Shown here: positions 38,816-49,112 of the stretch, in pieces
How the letters are laid out: each line of letters opens with the position of its first letter
How positions within the stretch are numbered: the stretch's first letter is position 1
DNA from: Staphylococcus epidermidis
GTDB lineage: Bacteria; Bacillota_I; Bacilli_A; RFN20; CAG-826
Reading direction: 5' to 3'
DNA length: 64,000 nucleotides
Assembly (NCBI GenBank): GCA_945870555.1
Contig: CAMBSI010000002.1
Coordinates: forward strand, 14,486-78,485
Program-made: the position numbers and the translations under genes
Notes under the pieces: model-generated
The model's database searches: none
The model's input: the letters and a program-made list of their open reading frames with translations, nothing else
Told to the model about the DNA's origin: nothing

Positions 38816-40597
38816 ATGGAACTCAAACACGTCACGATACGTTATCAAACCACTACCGTAAACAAACATCCAATCATTCATCGTTTTTCCTATACCTTTC
38901 CAAAACGAGGGCTTGTGGTCATCGTTGGCGATTCTGGTATTGGAAAGTCATCATTATTGAAGGTGCTTGCTGGTTCGATTCAACCTACCGAAGGTCAGAT
39001 TTTATTTCCTAAAGATTGGAAACTTAAAAAACCAATCTTCTTCGAAGATCAAATGACGTTAATCCCACATTGGCATGTTAAGGATTATTTTCAATCCATG
39101 GTCGTTTCTGCATTGCTTTTGGATCTTGGTTTAGATCCTGATCTTGCAAATGAACCATTTCAACACCTATCGGTAGGGCAACGGATTCGGGTCATGATTG
39201 GCTTATTTTTCTCGCAAGCAAGTGATTGCTACTTATTTGATGAACCAACCCATGCGCTGGATGAAAAAAGTCGGGATGCGGTGATCCGCTACATGATGAA
39301 TCAATCCCAATCACATTTGATTGTCATCGCCACTCATGATCCAAATTTGATCGAACAAGCAAATGAAGTCATACATATCCATCATCCTTATCAAATCACG
39401 GTTATCCCCAAATATAAGGGTCAAACGCAGGGGATAACCACTCAAACCAAGATAGGGCCGCCAATCCTTACGTGGAAAAGATTATTCAAGCGTCTTCACC
39501 ATGGTAAAGGCATCGGCATGTTTCTCATGTTTGCTTCTTTAATGTTGCAAACATCAATCCAAGTTTTACTGGTGTTTCATCATGGTCTAAACGAACAGCA
39601 ACGGATCTATCAAAAGATGATCCATGATGAAAGACTATTTATGATTCAAGAAATACAACGGACGTCGATTGATCAATCCCCATTTCAACTTGTTAAAACC
39701 ATCTCGCCAAATATTGGACAACTCATGATGGCATTCTCAAGTCTAAATGGGATTCAATTTTACCCATTCATCCAATCTTGGTTTCCCCAAACTTATGACG
39801 TTCAAGGGGTTGCCTATCAAGTCCGACTTGTCGATATGCCTTTTGAATTAGGAAAAACCAGTCTTGGTTTGATCCATTTACCTCAACATGAGCTTCATGA
39901 ATTTCGTATCGATACCTTCATGATCGATGAAAACACTATCCCCCTTTCAATAAATGGTCCCTTACATATCTTGCGTAAAAGGGTCGTTCAAAGTTTTTTT
40001 GAACCCCCTCAGATTTTGATTTCTTATTGGCAATGTTTGTATTTATTACAAACCACCAAGATTGACGCTTCACCTGATGCGATGAATTATTTAAACCTTT
40101 ATCAGATGCATTACATCCCTGAAGCTTTAATCGCCTATGATCCTCACAAACTTCTTCCAACCATCCTCAACCGTCAAACCGACCAACATCCTTGGACCAT
40201 TTCATTAAGTGTGATGACAACTTACCAATCGATGAATCTGATCTTACCTTCGTTATTACAATTAATGATTGGTACCATGATTACGTTGCTTTCATTATGT
40301 TTCTTTGTTTGGTGGACAAGGTTACATTGGGTATATCAACGTCATCACCATCAATGGCATTGGATGAAGCGATTAGGGTTTTTGCTTAAACCGATTTGGC
40401 ATTTAATCACATCACCCATGCATTTATTATGGGAGGGATGTCATTTACTTTTGGCAATCCTTGTTTCGATATGGTTATTGCATATTCAGACGTTTATCTT
40501 CTTAACGATTGTTCCACTTATCATGCTCACGATGTTCTTAAGCATTGGCATGATCATGATGCGTTCTGTTTTATTGAATGGTTATACCCATGCTTGA
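38816..40597 (+). CDS. Fused ABC ATPase + MacB/FtsX-type permease, subunit A (593 aa)
   Basis: NBD motifs GDSGIGKSS, FFEDQ, LSVGQRIRV, YLFDEPTHALD and ATHD. Then TM1 (~aa 231-253), a ~210-aa non-hydrophobic domain, and three C-terminal TM helices. Confidence 0.75.
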   Translation: MELKHVTIRYQTTTVNKHPIIHRFSYTFPKRGLVVIVGDSGIGKSSLLKVLAGSIQPTEGQILFPKDWKLKKPIFFEDQMTLIPHWHVKDYFQSMVVSALLLDLGLDPDLANEPFQHLSVGQRIRVMIGLFFSQASDCYLFDEPTHALDEKSRDAVIRYMMNQSQSHLIVIATHDPNLIEQANEVIHIHHPYQITVIPKYKGQTQGITTQTKIGPPILTWKRLFKRLHHGKGIGMFLMFASLMLQTSIQVLLVFHHGLNEQQRIYQKMIHDERLFMIQEIQRTSIDQSPFQLVKTISPNIGQLMMAFSSLNGIQFYPFIQSWFPQTYDVQGVAYQVRLVDMPFELGKTSLGLIHLPQHELHEFRIDTFMIDENTIPLSINGPLHILRKRVVQSFFEPPQILISYWQCLYLLQTTKIDASPDAMNYLNLYQMHYIPEALIAYDPHKLLPTILNRQTDQHPWTISLSVMTTYQSMNLILPSLLQLMIGTMITLLSLCFFVWWTRLHWVYQRHHHQWHWMKRLGFLLKPIWHLITSPMHLLWEGCHLLLAILVSIWLLHIQTFIFLTIVPLIMLTMFLSIGMIMMRSVLLNGYTHA

Positions 40598-43199
40598 AGG
40601 TAGTCATATTCAAGTTTCGTACGGAAAGAATATCATCATTCCTTCCTTTTCATTTCAATTTCCAAAATACGGTTTGATCTTAATCTCTGGACCAAGTGGT
40701 TCTGGTAAAACGACATTTCTACAAATGTTAAATTTATGGATTCCATTTCAAGGGCAACTACGGTTTGATGGGATATCTTTGAACCAACTAGACGATGACA
40801 AACGGTTGCAATTTCGTCAAGAAAAAATCGGTTGTGTTTATCAAGAACATGGACTTTTGTTCAATCTATCGGTTCAAGATCATCTATTATTAATTCAAAC
40901 AATCAAGGGAAATTATCAATCTGCTCATCTTAAAAAAGCTTGGGAAACTTTTTTATTGGAAGTACCACTTCACCAGATTGTTGGCACCTTATCACGGGGG
41001 CAACAACAACGGCTCGCCATTTTGCTTGCATGTTTTGGGCATAGTGAAATATTGATTTTAGATGAACCTACAACGGGCTTAGATAAAGTAAATCGTCTAA
41101 AGATTTATTCCTTACTTTCACAACTTCAGCATGATCGGTGCATCGTCATGAGCACGCATATTGATTTAAATGAACCGATTGCCCATTCCCAACACTTACA
41201 ATTTCCCATTTCTAACCAACGTCATTTGCTCATGTCTAAGCTAAGAAATCAATTCCCCCAAAAAATGGTTGATGTCAAACTTCCCACATGGTGGTTATGG
41301 AAGTTTCATGTTCGGCAAAGAAAAAAAGAAAAGTTTCGTTGGCGTTTTCAATTTTTTCAATCATTAACTTTTACTTTGCTTGGGATTGTTCTATCGATGA
41401 TGCTTGTGTTAAACCAAGAAATTTTAACGATGACCAAAAAAATGCTTGGTGGAAGTTATCAGTTTGTTGAACCTAACAAACCGTTTCTAGCTGAATTAAC
41501 TTCTACAAATGAAGATGATCCCATCTTTCAAACCATCGACTTTCCCTATGCCATTCGCTCAGATTATGATGATGAATTTTTTGAAAGGTTGAAACCATAC
41601 CATCGGTTTTCTTTTGACAATCAAGTGTATCAAACCACTATCAAAGACTTTCATCTTGGTTTAATCAATCATGTCAAACCAATACCTGAAGCAAGTTCGC
41701 TCGTGTTGAATGATCAATTTTTATCAACAGAAGGTGTGATGTTGGGTGTTCAACCGATTCATCTTTTAGTCTTGTCAAAGTTGTTACAATGTTTTCCCAA
41801 TCAAGATGATATCAATCAACATCTAAAAGTTCAGTCCATTCAAATATTCATCGACATATACCAATCACAATGGGGTTATTATGATGAAATGGTTTTTGAT
41901 TTGTTGGCCATTCAAGTCACCGAAACACCAACATGGTTTCATGAGATGAAGAATTACCCAAAATGGTTTTATGAAACCAGGATGCGGTTGCCAACAAAAG
42001 CTATCGAGGATACAACAAGTGAAGAACCATGGTTGATACCTAAAACAACCTTAATTGAAACCAAAGAGCATACGTTGTTGATTGACTTATGGAGTAAACA
42101 CCCCGAATGGAAACGATATCACCTTTATCATCGTGATCAATTTGGTTGGCGGCTTTATCGTCAAGAACATATCAATATGAATGTACAGGAGTTATCGCTT
42201 GATGCAGTACGTTTTCATTTTCATAGTAATTGGGGATACCACTATTATCCAGAACAGCGATTGAGTGGATTCGCCAACCCTATCTTTTTTTCTCCTAAGA
42301 CAAATGTTGACTTGATTTACTTAGAGACCTTACAAAAGTTACTCGACCCGTATGCTTGGATGTCTGTAGAAATGCCTTTCACCGTCGATCAAGGTTATGT
42401 TCTAACCAATCCTAGTAAGGCCATCAAATACCAAGTTCAAAACCTTTCGAATCTAGCAATTGATGAAATTTACATCTCTGAATCGTTGGCAAAACATTGG
42501 CAGGTCGATGTTGGGGAAACCGTCCATTTGGCATTTCCTACATACGATCAACACCATCAAGTTGGTATCTTGGGGCGATATGTACACGCTACCTTAACCG
42601 TTTCTGGCATCCAAGACGATCAGGATGGATATTGGATATATCAACATCTTGGTTGGTGGGAAAAATGGTTAATGATCCATGCCTTTGTACCAAGTTTTGA
42701 ACTGATAGCAACGGCCTATATCGTTTACGAACCGATGATCGTGCCGGAACAATACCGAATGCTAATGCCCTTTCAGGACGTCCAATCATCTGTCCATGAC
42801 ATCCAAACATGGCTTTCAATTGGATTAATCATCATGAGTGTCGTTTTTGGCATGCCATCCTGGACTTTGTTTTACTATTATTTACGCCAATCAATCATCC
42901 ATGATCGAAGAACCATCCGAACATTGATTGGATTCGGTAGCCCCGTAAACTTGATTCGTCATTGGTATGATATTCGCTTGCAATTGCTCATCGTTGAACT
43001 AGCGATTCCAAGTCTCGCCCTAATGATTTGGTTTGATCATGTGTTGAAGCAATGGTTTGCAAAGGCCTTCTATACAGCATTCGCATTTCAATTACCTTAC
43101 CTGACTATCGGTCTACTGCTCATGAGTTTCCTAGGCTTTTATGGATTGATGATATGGCTACAAAATCAAGAGATCAAAACCTTACAAAAAATAATTTAA
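40590..43199 (+). CDS. Fused ABC ATPase + MacB/FtsX-type permease, subunit B (~869 aa)
   Basis: NBD motifs GPSGSGKTT, VYQEH, LSRGQQQRLAI, ILILDEPTTGLD and STH. Then TM1, a ~460-aa extracytoplasmic domain, and an FtsX-like 3-TM C-terminus (DRRTIRTLIGFGSPVNLI). ATG 40590 overlaps the subunit A stop by 8 nt; an alternative ATG is at 40578. Confidence 0.75.
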   Translation: MLEGSHIQVSYGKNIIIPSFSFQFPKYGLILISGPSGSGKTTFLQMLNLWIPFQGQLRFDGISLNQLDDDKRLQFRQEKIGCVYQEHGLLFNLSVQDHLLLIQTIKGNYQSAHLKKAWETFLLEVPLHQIVGTLSRGQQQRLAILLACFGHSEILILDEPTTGLDKVNRLKIYSLLSQLQHDRCIVMSTHIDLNEPIAHSQHLQFPISNQRHLLMSKLRNQFPQKMVDVKLPTWWLWKFHVRQRKKEKFRWRFQFFQSLTFTLLGIVLSMMLVLNQEILTMTKKMLGGSYQFVEPNKPFLAELTSTNEDDPIFQTIDFPYAIRSDYDDEFFERLKPYHRFSFDNQVYQTTIKDFHLGLINHVKPIPEASSLVLNDQFLSTEGVMLGVQPIHLLVLSKLLQCFPNQDDINQHLKVQSIQIFIDIYQSQWGYYDEMVFDLLAIQVTETPTWFHEMKNYPKWFYETRMRLPTKAIEDTTSEEPWLIPKTTLIETKEHTLLIDLWSKHPEWKRYHLYHRDQFGWRLYRQEHINMNVQELSLDAVRFHFHSNWGYHYYPEQRLSGFANPIFFSPKTNVDLIYLETLQKLLDPYAWMSVEMPFTVDQGYVLTNPSKAIKYQVQNLSNLAIDEIYISESLAKHWQVDVGETVHLAFPTYDQHHQVGILGRYVHATLTVSGIQDDQDGYWIYQHLGWWEKWLMIHAFVPSFELIATAYIVYEPMIVPEQYRMLMPFQDVQSSVHDIQTWLSIGLIIMSVVFGMPSWTLFYYYLRQSIIHDRRTIRTLIGFGSPVNLIRHWYDIRLQLLIVELAIPSLALMIWFDHVLKQWFAKAFYTAFAFQLPYLTIGLLLMSFLGFYGLMIWLQNQEIKTLQKII

Positions 43200-43227
43200 A
43201 AGAAATAGTATCTTTTTTAATTTCATA

Positions 43228-43236
43228 TGGTATTAT
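43228..43236 (+). promoter_or_regulatory. Extended -10 (TGgTATTAT) upstream of csp
   Basis: tggtattat at 43228-43236, ~60 nt before the csp ATG. The leader length fits cold-shock mRNAs. Confidence 0.4.
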
Positions 43237-43296
43237 CTTTTCGTAGCAGCAAAATGTTAGCTCCTACTAATACTAAGTGAAAGGTTTAGGTTTTCG

Positions 43297-43500
43297 ATGA
43301 AAGGCTCAGTCAAGATGTTCAACAAAGAAAAAGGCTACGGCTTCATTCGCACTGAAGACGGAAAAGATGTCTTTTTCCATCATTCTTCGATACTCATGGA
43401 CGGTTACAAAACCGCCGAAACTGGGGAACCAGTTGATTTCGAAGTTGAAGATTCCGATCGTGGTCCACGCGCCAAAAATATTAAAAAATTACCTCGGTAA
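43297..43500 (+). CDS. cspA: Cold-shock protein (CspA family)
   Basis: 67 aa: MKGSVKMFNKEKGYGFI...VFFHHS (RNP1/RNP2 motifs). Confidence 0.93.
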   Translation: MKGSVKMFNKEKGYGFIRTEDGKDVFFHHSSILMDGYKTAETGEPVDFEVEDSDRGPRAKNIKKLPR

Positions 43501-43524
43501 TTTTTGATAAATTAGTGCTAAGAC

Positions 43525-43550
43525 AAAAGTCGCCCTCGGGCGACTTTTTT
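43525..43550 (+). terminator. Rho-independent terminator after csp
   Basis: aaaagtcgcc / ggcgactttt stem with loop ctcg and a T run. Confidence 0.85.
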
Positions 43551-43586
43551 ATTTCATCTAGATAACATATAATAGATGAGGTAAAT

Positions 43587-44690
43587 ATGGGATTAAAAGC
43601 AGGCATCGTTGGACTACCAAATGTTGGCAAGTCAACCTTATTCAATGCAATTACGAATGCTTCGGTTGAAGCAGCGAATTATCCTTTTGCAACCATCAAT
43701 CCAAATACAGGTGTGGTTGCGGTGCAAGATGATCGCCTTGATTTTCTCTCTTCTTTATTCAAACCAAAAAAGACCATCGCAACCACGGTAGAGTTTGTTG
43801 ATATTGCTGGTTTGGTTAAGGGTGCAGCAAAAGGTGAAGGTTTAGGTAACCAATTTTTAGCTGCCATTCGTGAAGCAGATGCGATTGTTCAAGTCGTTCG
43901 ATGTTTTGATTCTTCAGAAATTATCCATGTGGAAAACTCGGTCAATCCAGAACGTGATATGGATATTATCAATTTAGAATTAATTCTTGCTGACCTTGAC
44001 ACCATCCAACGTCGAATTGATAAAGTGAATTCAAAAGCTAGGGGCAATGATAAGCAAGCAATTGCAGAACTTGCCATGCTTCAAGTTTTAAAACCACAAT
44101 TATTAAATGGCATTCCTGCTCGCTTGGCAAATTTAACAACAGAACATCGTTTGTTAATTGAACAAGAATATCACCTTCTCACGAACAAACCGTTGTTGTA
44201 CGTGGCTAACATTCCGGAAGATGGTTATGGTGCACTCGCTCAAAATGGATATTATCAACAAGTCTTGAAACGGGCAAAAAAAGAAGGGGCAGAAGTCGTT
44301 GCCATTTCTTGTGAAATTGAATCACAAATTTCCAAACTACCACTCACAGAAAAAAAAGAATTTCTTTCATCACTTGGTATTTCAGAACCAGGATTGAATC
44401 CATTGGTAAGAGCAACTTATAAATTATTAAAGTTAGCTACGTATTTCACGGTCGGTCAGGATGAATGTAGGGCTTGGACGTTTCATCAAGGTATGACCGC
44501 ACCTCAAGCTGCTGGTGTCATTCATACCGATTTTCAAAAAGGATTTATCAAGGCAGATATTTATCATTATGAAGATATCGTGCAACATCATTCCGAATTG
44601 GCTGTTAAGGAAGCAGGCAAATTACGAATGGAAGGAAAGGAATATGTGGTAAAAGATGGCGATATTATCTTTTTCCGATTTAATGTTTAA
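43587..44690 (+). CDS. ychF: Redox-regulated ribosome-binding ATPase YchF
   Basis: 367 aa: GIVGLPNVGKSTLFNA, TGS domain. Confidence 0.95.
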   Translation: MGLKAGIVGLPNVGKSTLFNAITNASVEAANYPFATINPNTGVVAVQDDRLDFLSSLFKPKKTIATTVEFVDIAGLVKGAAKGEGLGNQFLAAIREADAIVQVVRCFDSSEIIHVENSVNPERDMDIINLELILADLDTIQRRIDKVNSKARGNDKQAIAELAMLQVLKPQLLNGIPARLANLTTEHRLLIEQEYHLLTNKPLLYVANIPEDGYGALAQNGYYQQVLKRAKKEGAEVVAISCEIESQISKLPLTEKKEFLSSLGISEPGLNPLVRATYKLLKLATYFTVGQDECRAWTFHQGMTAPQAAGVIHTDFQKGFIKADIYHYEDIVQHHSELAVKEAGKLRMEGKEYVVKDGDIIFFRFNV

Positions 44691-44692
44691 TT

Positions 44693-46141
44693 ATGTTTAA
44701 TCCAAATAAAGTCCGTGTTCGTTATGCTCCTTCACCAACAGGGTTTTTACATATTGGTGGCGCGAGAAGTGCGCTATTTAATTATCTATTTGCAAAGAAA
44801 CATCAAGGTCAATTTATCATTCGCATTGAAGATACGGACATTGAACGAAATGTAGCCGGTGGTGAGGTTAGTCAAATTCGTGATTTAAAGTGGTTAGGTA
44901 TTAACCCAGATGAATCGCCTTTAAATCCGAATCCGATTTATGCACCTTATCGTCAAATGGAAAGGTTAGATACCTATCAACGTTATGCAAAGCAATTGAT
45001 CTTGAAAGGTCATGCTTATGAATGTTATTGCAGTGAAGATGAACTTGAAAGATCAAGAGAAGAACAATTAGCAAATGGCATTGCTGCTCCTCAGTACAAC
45101 CGCCGATGTTTACATTTAACCCCTCAAGATAAAGCCGCATTTATCTCACAAGGTAGAAAACCGGTTATCCGAATTAAATTAGAGGATCACCTTAAAATTG
45201 ATTTCACGGATTTAGTTCGCGGACCCGTGAGTTTTAATAATGATGATATTGGGGATTGGGTTTTAATCAAATCAAATGGAATTCCAACGTATAATTTTGC
45301 TGTTGTTATCGACGATTTCTTAATGGATATTACGCACGTTTTCCGCGGTGAAGAACATTTATCCAACACCCCTAAACAAATTCAAGTCTATCGCTATCTA
45401 AACTTTCCCATTCCTGAATTTGGCCATATGACCATCATCGTCAATGATCAAGGTAAAAAGCTATCAAAGAGAGATGCTTCGATTGTTCAATTTATGTCCC
45501 AATATCGAGACATGGGTTACTTACCTGAAGCTATTTTTAACTTTATTTTACTGTTAGGATGGTCGCCTGAAGGGACGCAAGAAATCTTTACAAAGGATCA
45601 AGCCATTTCCGCATTTGATTCAAAGCGTCTTTCCTCTTCACCCTCCATGTTTGATCCCCAAAAGATGAATTGGATTAACAACTATTACATTAAGCAGCTT
45701 TCGGATGAAAGTTATTGGTCCTTCATTCAACCATACTTGAAACAGTCACCTGGTATCGAAAATCTTGAGGCAAATGCACTAAAGCAAATCGGACAATTAT
45801 TCAAAGAACAAATCGCTTATGGGCAGCAAATCATTGAATTAGTAAAACCAATCTTGACCCCACTTCCCATCACGGAAATCGAGGCAATTGAATTACTCAA
45901 TTCATTAGAAGGAAAAAAAGCTTTGGCTTTGTTTGTTGAAAAGTTTAAACTCCTACAGGTGGTTGATTCCGTATCCATTAAATCAATCTTTAAATCCATT
46001 CAACAAGAAACCGGATTAAAAGGAAAACCATTATATATGCCAGTACGCCTTAAGATCACTGGTCAACTTCATGGCGCAGAAATGGCAAATATCATTCCAA
46101 TTCTAGGAAAAATCATTACATTGAAAAGGTTGTTATCTTGA
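44693..46141 (+). CDS. gltX: Glutamate--tRNA ligase
   Basis: 482 aa: PSPTGFLHIGG (HIGH), KLSKRD (KMSKS). Confidence 0.95.
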   Translation: MFNPNKVRVRYAPSPTGFLHIGGARSALFNYLFAKKHQGQFIIRIEDTDIERNVAGGEVSQIRDLKWLGINPDESPLNPNPIYAPYRQMERLDTYQRYAKQLILKGHAYECYCSEDELERSREEQLANGIAAPQYNRRCLHLTPQDKAAFISQGRKPVIRIKLEDHLKIDFTDLVRGPVSFNNDDIGDWVLIKSNGIPTYNFAVVIDDFLMDITHVFRGEEHLSNTPKQIQVYRYLNFPIPEFGHMTIIVNDQGKKLSKRDASIVQFMSQYRDMGYLPEAIFNFILLLGWSPEGTQEIFTKDQAISAFDSKRLSSSPSMFDPQKMNWINNYYIKQLSDESYWSFIQPYLKQSPGIENLEANALKQIGQLFKEQIAYGQQIIELVKPILTPLPITEIEAIELLNSLEGKKALALFVEKFKLLQVVDSVSIKSIFKSIQQETGLKGKPLYMPVRLKITGQLHGAEMANIIPILGKIITLKRLLS

Positions 46142-47760
46142 TGAAAACCATTGAGCAAAAACTTAAATTATTGATTATCCGTGCCTTCCAAAATCAAGGA
46201 TTAAAATTGGTGGAAGATGATATCGTGATTGATAAAACCAAAGATCCAAAATTTGGCGATTATGCAAGTAACGTTTGCTTGAAATATTCAAAAAATCTTA
46301 ATTTAAAACCACAAGTATTAGCTCAAACAATCCTGCTAAACATCACCGACCCAATCATTCAAAAAATTGAAGTTGCTGGCCCAGGTTTTCTTAACTTTTT
46401 TATCAAACCTCAAGCTTTACTAGATGTTTTATCGATCATCCTGTCGGAAACAAGCATGTATGGAAAATCAACCTTGCATCAAGGTAAAACCATCAACTTG
46501 GAATTTGTTTCTGCCAATCCAACCGGACCGATGCATGTCGCCCATGCTCGGGCTGCTGCTTTAGGTGACGTTATTGCAAACTTACTTTCGGATGTTGGTT
46601 ATCGCGTCAGCAGAGAGTTTTATGTCAATGATGCCGGCGGACAAATTAAGAATTTAGCGTTGTCTATTTTTTCTCGGTATCGAGAGTTGCTTGGTGATAA
46701 AGTGACTTTACCTGAAGATGGTTATTTTGGTAAGGACATTATTGAAATTGCCAAAGAAGTAAGACAACAATATGGTGACAAGATAAAGGTTTTTGATGAA
46801 AAATTCTTTATAAAGATTGGCATCGATAAACAATTAAAGAGAATCAAATTGGATTTAGAATTGATGGGCGTTCATTTTGATATTTATCGTTCTGAACAAG
46901 CGGTGAGAGATGAAGGTAAAATTGAATTCACATTGAACAAACTCAAAAATTATATGTATGTTGAAAATGGTGCTACCTACTTAAAAACCACAGCTTTTGG
47001 CGATGATAAAGACCGTGTCATCATTAAGAGTGATGGTCAATATACTTATTTTTTGCCTGACATTGCTTACCACATTGATAAGCTAACGAGAAATCATCAA
47101 CAATTGATTGATATCCTTGGTCCTGATCACCACGGCTACATTGGTCGAATGAAAGCCGCATTAAAGATGCTAGGTTTTGCTGATGAAACGTTAGAAATAC
47201 TTGTGATGCAATTGGTCACATTAACCCAACATGGTCAAGAAGTGAAAATGAGTAAGCGGACTGGGGTGGGCATTACCTTGCGTGATTTAGTTGAAGAAGT
47301 TGGTCGCGATGCTGCAAGATACTTCATCGCTGCAAGATCGTTACATAACCCGCTTGAGTTTGATTTAGAACTTGCCCAAACTAAAAGTAGTTTAAATCCA
47401 CTTTATTATGCTCAATACGCTCACGCACGCCTTCAATCCTTGTTGCAGACCGGTCATGATTTAGGATTAGATGCGTCTGGAACTGGTTTAGATTCACAAG
47501 AAGAAGTCGATTTACTTAAACATTTGAGGGATTTTCCTCAGCTCGTTCTTCAAGCAGCAGCAAATCGGGACCCAAGTATCGTTGCCCAATACACACAACA
47601 ACTTGCAAGTTATACCCATAGTTTCTATACTATAAGACGGGTCATCGACCGCGACCATCCAAAATTATCAGCGGCACGACTTGCCTTGGTTAAAGCTAGT
47701 GCGCAAGTCTTGAAAAATAGTTTAGCAATTTTTGGGATCCAAGCCGTAGATAAAATGTAA
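46138..47760 (+). CDS. argS: Arginine--tRNA ligase
   Basis: 540 aa: SANPTGPMHVAHAR, VKMSKRTG, DALR anticodon-binding C-terminus. ATGA overlap with gltX. Confidence 0.95.
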   Translation: MMKTIEQKLKLLIIRAFQNQGLKLVEDDIVIDKTKDPKFGDYASNVCLKYSKNLNLKPQVLAQTILLNITDPIIQKIEVAGPGFLNFFIKPQALLDVLSIILSETSMYGKSTLHQGKTINLEFVSANPTGPMHVAHARAAALGDVIANLLSDVGYRVSREFYVNDAGGQIKNLALSIFSRYRELLGDKVTLPEDGYFGKDIIEIAKEVRQQYGDKIKVFDEKFFIKIGIDKQLKRIKLDLELMGVHFDIYRSEQAVRDEGKIEFTLNKLKNYMYVENGATYLKTTAFGDDKDRVIIKSDGQYTYFLPDIAYHIDKLTRNHQQLIDILGPDHHGYIGRMKAALKMLGFADETLEILVMQLVTLTQHGQEVKMSKRTGVGITLRDLVEEVGRDAARYFIAARSLHNPLEFDLELAQTKSSLNPLYYAQYAHARLQSLLQTGHDLGLDASGTGLDSQEEVDLLKHLRDFPQLVLQAAANRDPSIVAQYTQQLASYTHSFYTIRRVIDRDHPKLSAARLALVKASAQVLKNSLAIFGIQAVDKM

Positions 47761-47772
47761 AAGGAGCCAATC

Positions 47773-48144
47773 ATGGCAAAATCAATCTTAGAACTCGCTC
47801 ACGAATTCATCACCGCTAAGAAAAAGGCGGTTACCTTTAAAGAAATTTGGCAATATGTTCAAAAACAAATGGATGAAAAAGAAACCTTACAAATTGGTCG
47901 CTTTTACAAACTGATTACGTTAGATGGCCGATTTGTTGCTCTAGGAAATAATAAATGGGACTTAAAAGCACGCTACACATTTAAAGAATTATATGATGAT
48001 GCACGCGGTGTGTTTAGAGAAGTCGAATCACCAGATGAAGCTGGAGAGGAAGCCGATGAAGATCCTTTTAATGAGGATAAAGAAGATGACGAAGAAGATG
48101 GTGAAGATAAGCCAAAAAAGCGTAAAGTAGAAGAAGAAGAATAA
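47773..48144 (+). CDS. rpoE: RNA polymerase delta subunit
   Basis: 123 aa with an N-terminal HARE-HTH-like domain ([22 protein letters not shown]) and a strongly acidic C-terminal tail. Confidence 0.8.
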   Translation: MAKSILELAHEFITAKKKAVTFKEIWQYVQKQMDEKETLQIGRFYKLITLDGRFVALGNNKWDLKARYTFKELYDDARGVFREVESPDEAGEEADEDPFNEDKEDDEEDGEDKPKKRKVEEEE

Positions 48145-48169
48145 ATCAAAAAGGAAAGAGGAATCAAAT

Positions 48170-49033
48170 ATGGCATTAGTCAGCATGAAGGAAATGTTAA
48201 TCAAAGCTTACAAGGAAAAATACGCGGTCGCTCAATTCAATATTAATAACTTGGAATGGACATTGGCAATCTTGGATGAATGCCAAGCTTTAAATGCACC
48301 GGTTATTTTGGGTGTTTCTAGCGGTGCAGCAAAATATATGGGTGGATTTCACACGGTCATGGGCATGGTCAATGGCCTCATCAAAGATAAGAAATATACC
48401 ATCCCGATTGCGGTGCATCTTGATCACGGTGAAACATACGAATTATGCAAACAAGCGATTGATGCTGGTTTCACATCCGTCATGATTGATGCTTCTCATC
48501 ATCCCTTAGAAGAAAACATTAAAATTACCAAACAAGTGGTTGAATATGCCCATAGTAAAAAACCATTGGTTTCAGTTGAAGCTGAACTCGGTCGCGTCGG
48601 TGGTCAAGAAGATCATGTGGTCGCTGAAACATACTATGCCGTTCCTTCTGAATGCGTTCGCATGGTTAAGGAAACCGGTATCGACTGCTTGGCCCCAGCA
48701 TTAGGATCCGTGCATGGTCCATATAATGGTGAACCAAAATTAGGATTCAAGGAAATGGCAGAAATTCATAAACTCACCAATATGCCTTTGGTTTTACATG
48801 GTGGATCCGGGATTCCAGATTTCCAATTAAGAATGTCAATTGAACGCGGAACCGCAAAAATTAATGTCAATACAGAAAACCAAATGGAATGGACAAAAAT
48901 TGTTCGTGAGGTGCTTGCAAAAGATCCAAAAGTCTATGACCCACGTAAGATTATTGGCCCAGGCAAAGAAGGTATTCGCAAAGTTGTAAAAGCTAAATAT
49001 CAAGTCTTCGGTTGTATCGGCAAAGGCGTATAA
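48170..49033 (+). CDS. fba: Class II fructose-1,6-bisphosphate aldolase
   Basis: 287 aa with HLDHG, LHGGSG and typical FbaA sequence. Confidence 0.95.
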   Translation: MALVSMKEMLIKAYKEKYAVAQFNINNLEWTLAILDECQALNAPVILGVSSGAAKYMGGFHTVMGMVNGLIKDKKYTIPIAVHLDHGETYELCKQAIDAGFTSVMIDASHHPLEENIKITKQVVEYAHSKKPLVSVEAELGRVGGQEDHVVAETYYAVPSECVRMVKETGIDCLAPALGSVHGPYNGEPKLGFKEMAEIHKLTNMPLVLHGGSGIPDFQLRMSIERGTAKINVNTENQMEWTKIVREVLAKDPKVYDPRKIIGPGKEGIRKVVKAKYQVFGCIGKGV

Positions 49034-49045
49034 AATTAAAACGTG

Positions 49046-49075
49046 AAAACCCACCGAATCCTCGATGGGTTTTTT
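49046..49075 (+). terminator. Rho-independent terminator after fba
   Basis: acccaccga / tcgatgggt stem (one mismatch) with a 4-nt loop, then TTTTTT. Confidence 0.75.
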
Positions 49076-49112
49076 CTTTGATGAACCACTGATAATAAGT
49101 TAAACTATCATT

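Noticed and set aside
38804-38818. TATTAA-N6-ATG at the first MacB-like gene as another leaderless start
   Set aside because: Ambiguous. The N6 itself is aaggag, which could instead be a (very closely spaced) Shine-Dalgarno, and no TG extension is present.
40192-40677. Alternative-frame ORFs 40192-40389 and 40396-40677 inside the MacB-like genes
   Set aside because: They sit in off-frames of strongly supported coding sequence, and no independent signals support them.
44600-46200. T-box leaders for gltX and argS
   Set aside because: There is no room for a leader. gltX starts 2 nt after ychF, and argS overlaps gltX by 4 nt.
47973-48176. Ser-rich antisense ORF opposite the rpoE 3' end (and similarly 49804-50100 opposite the nucleotidase linker)
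   Set aside because: These are mirror-frame artefacts of low-complexity acidic or Ser-rich coding sequence on the other strand.
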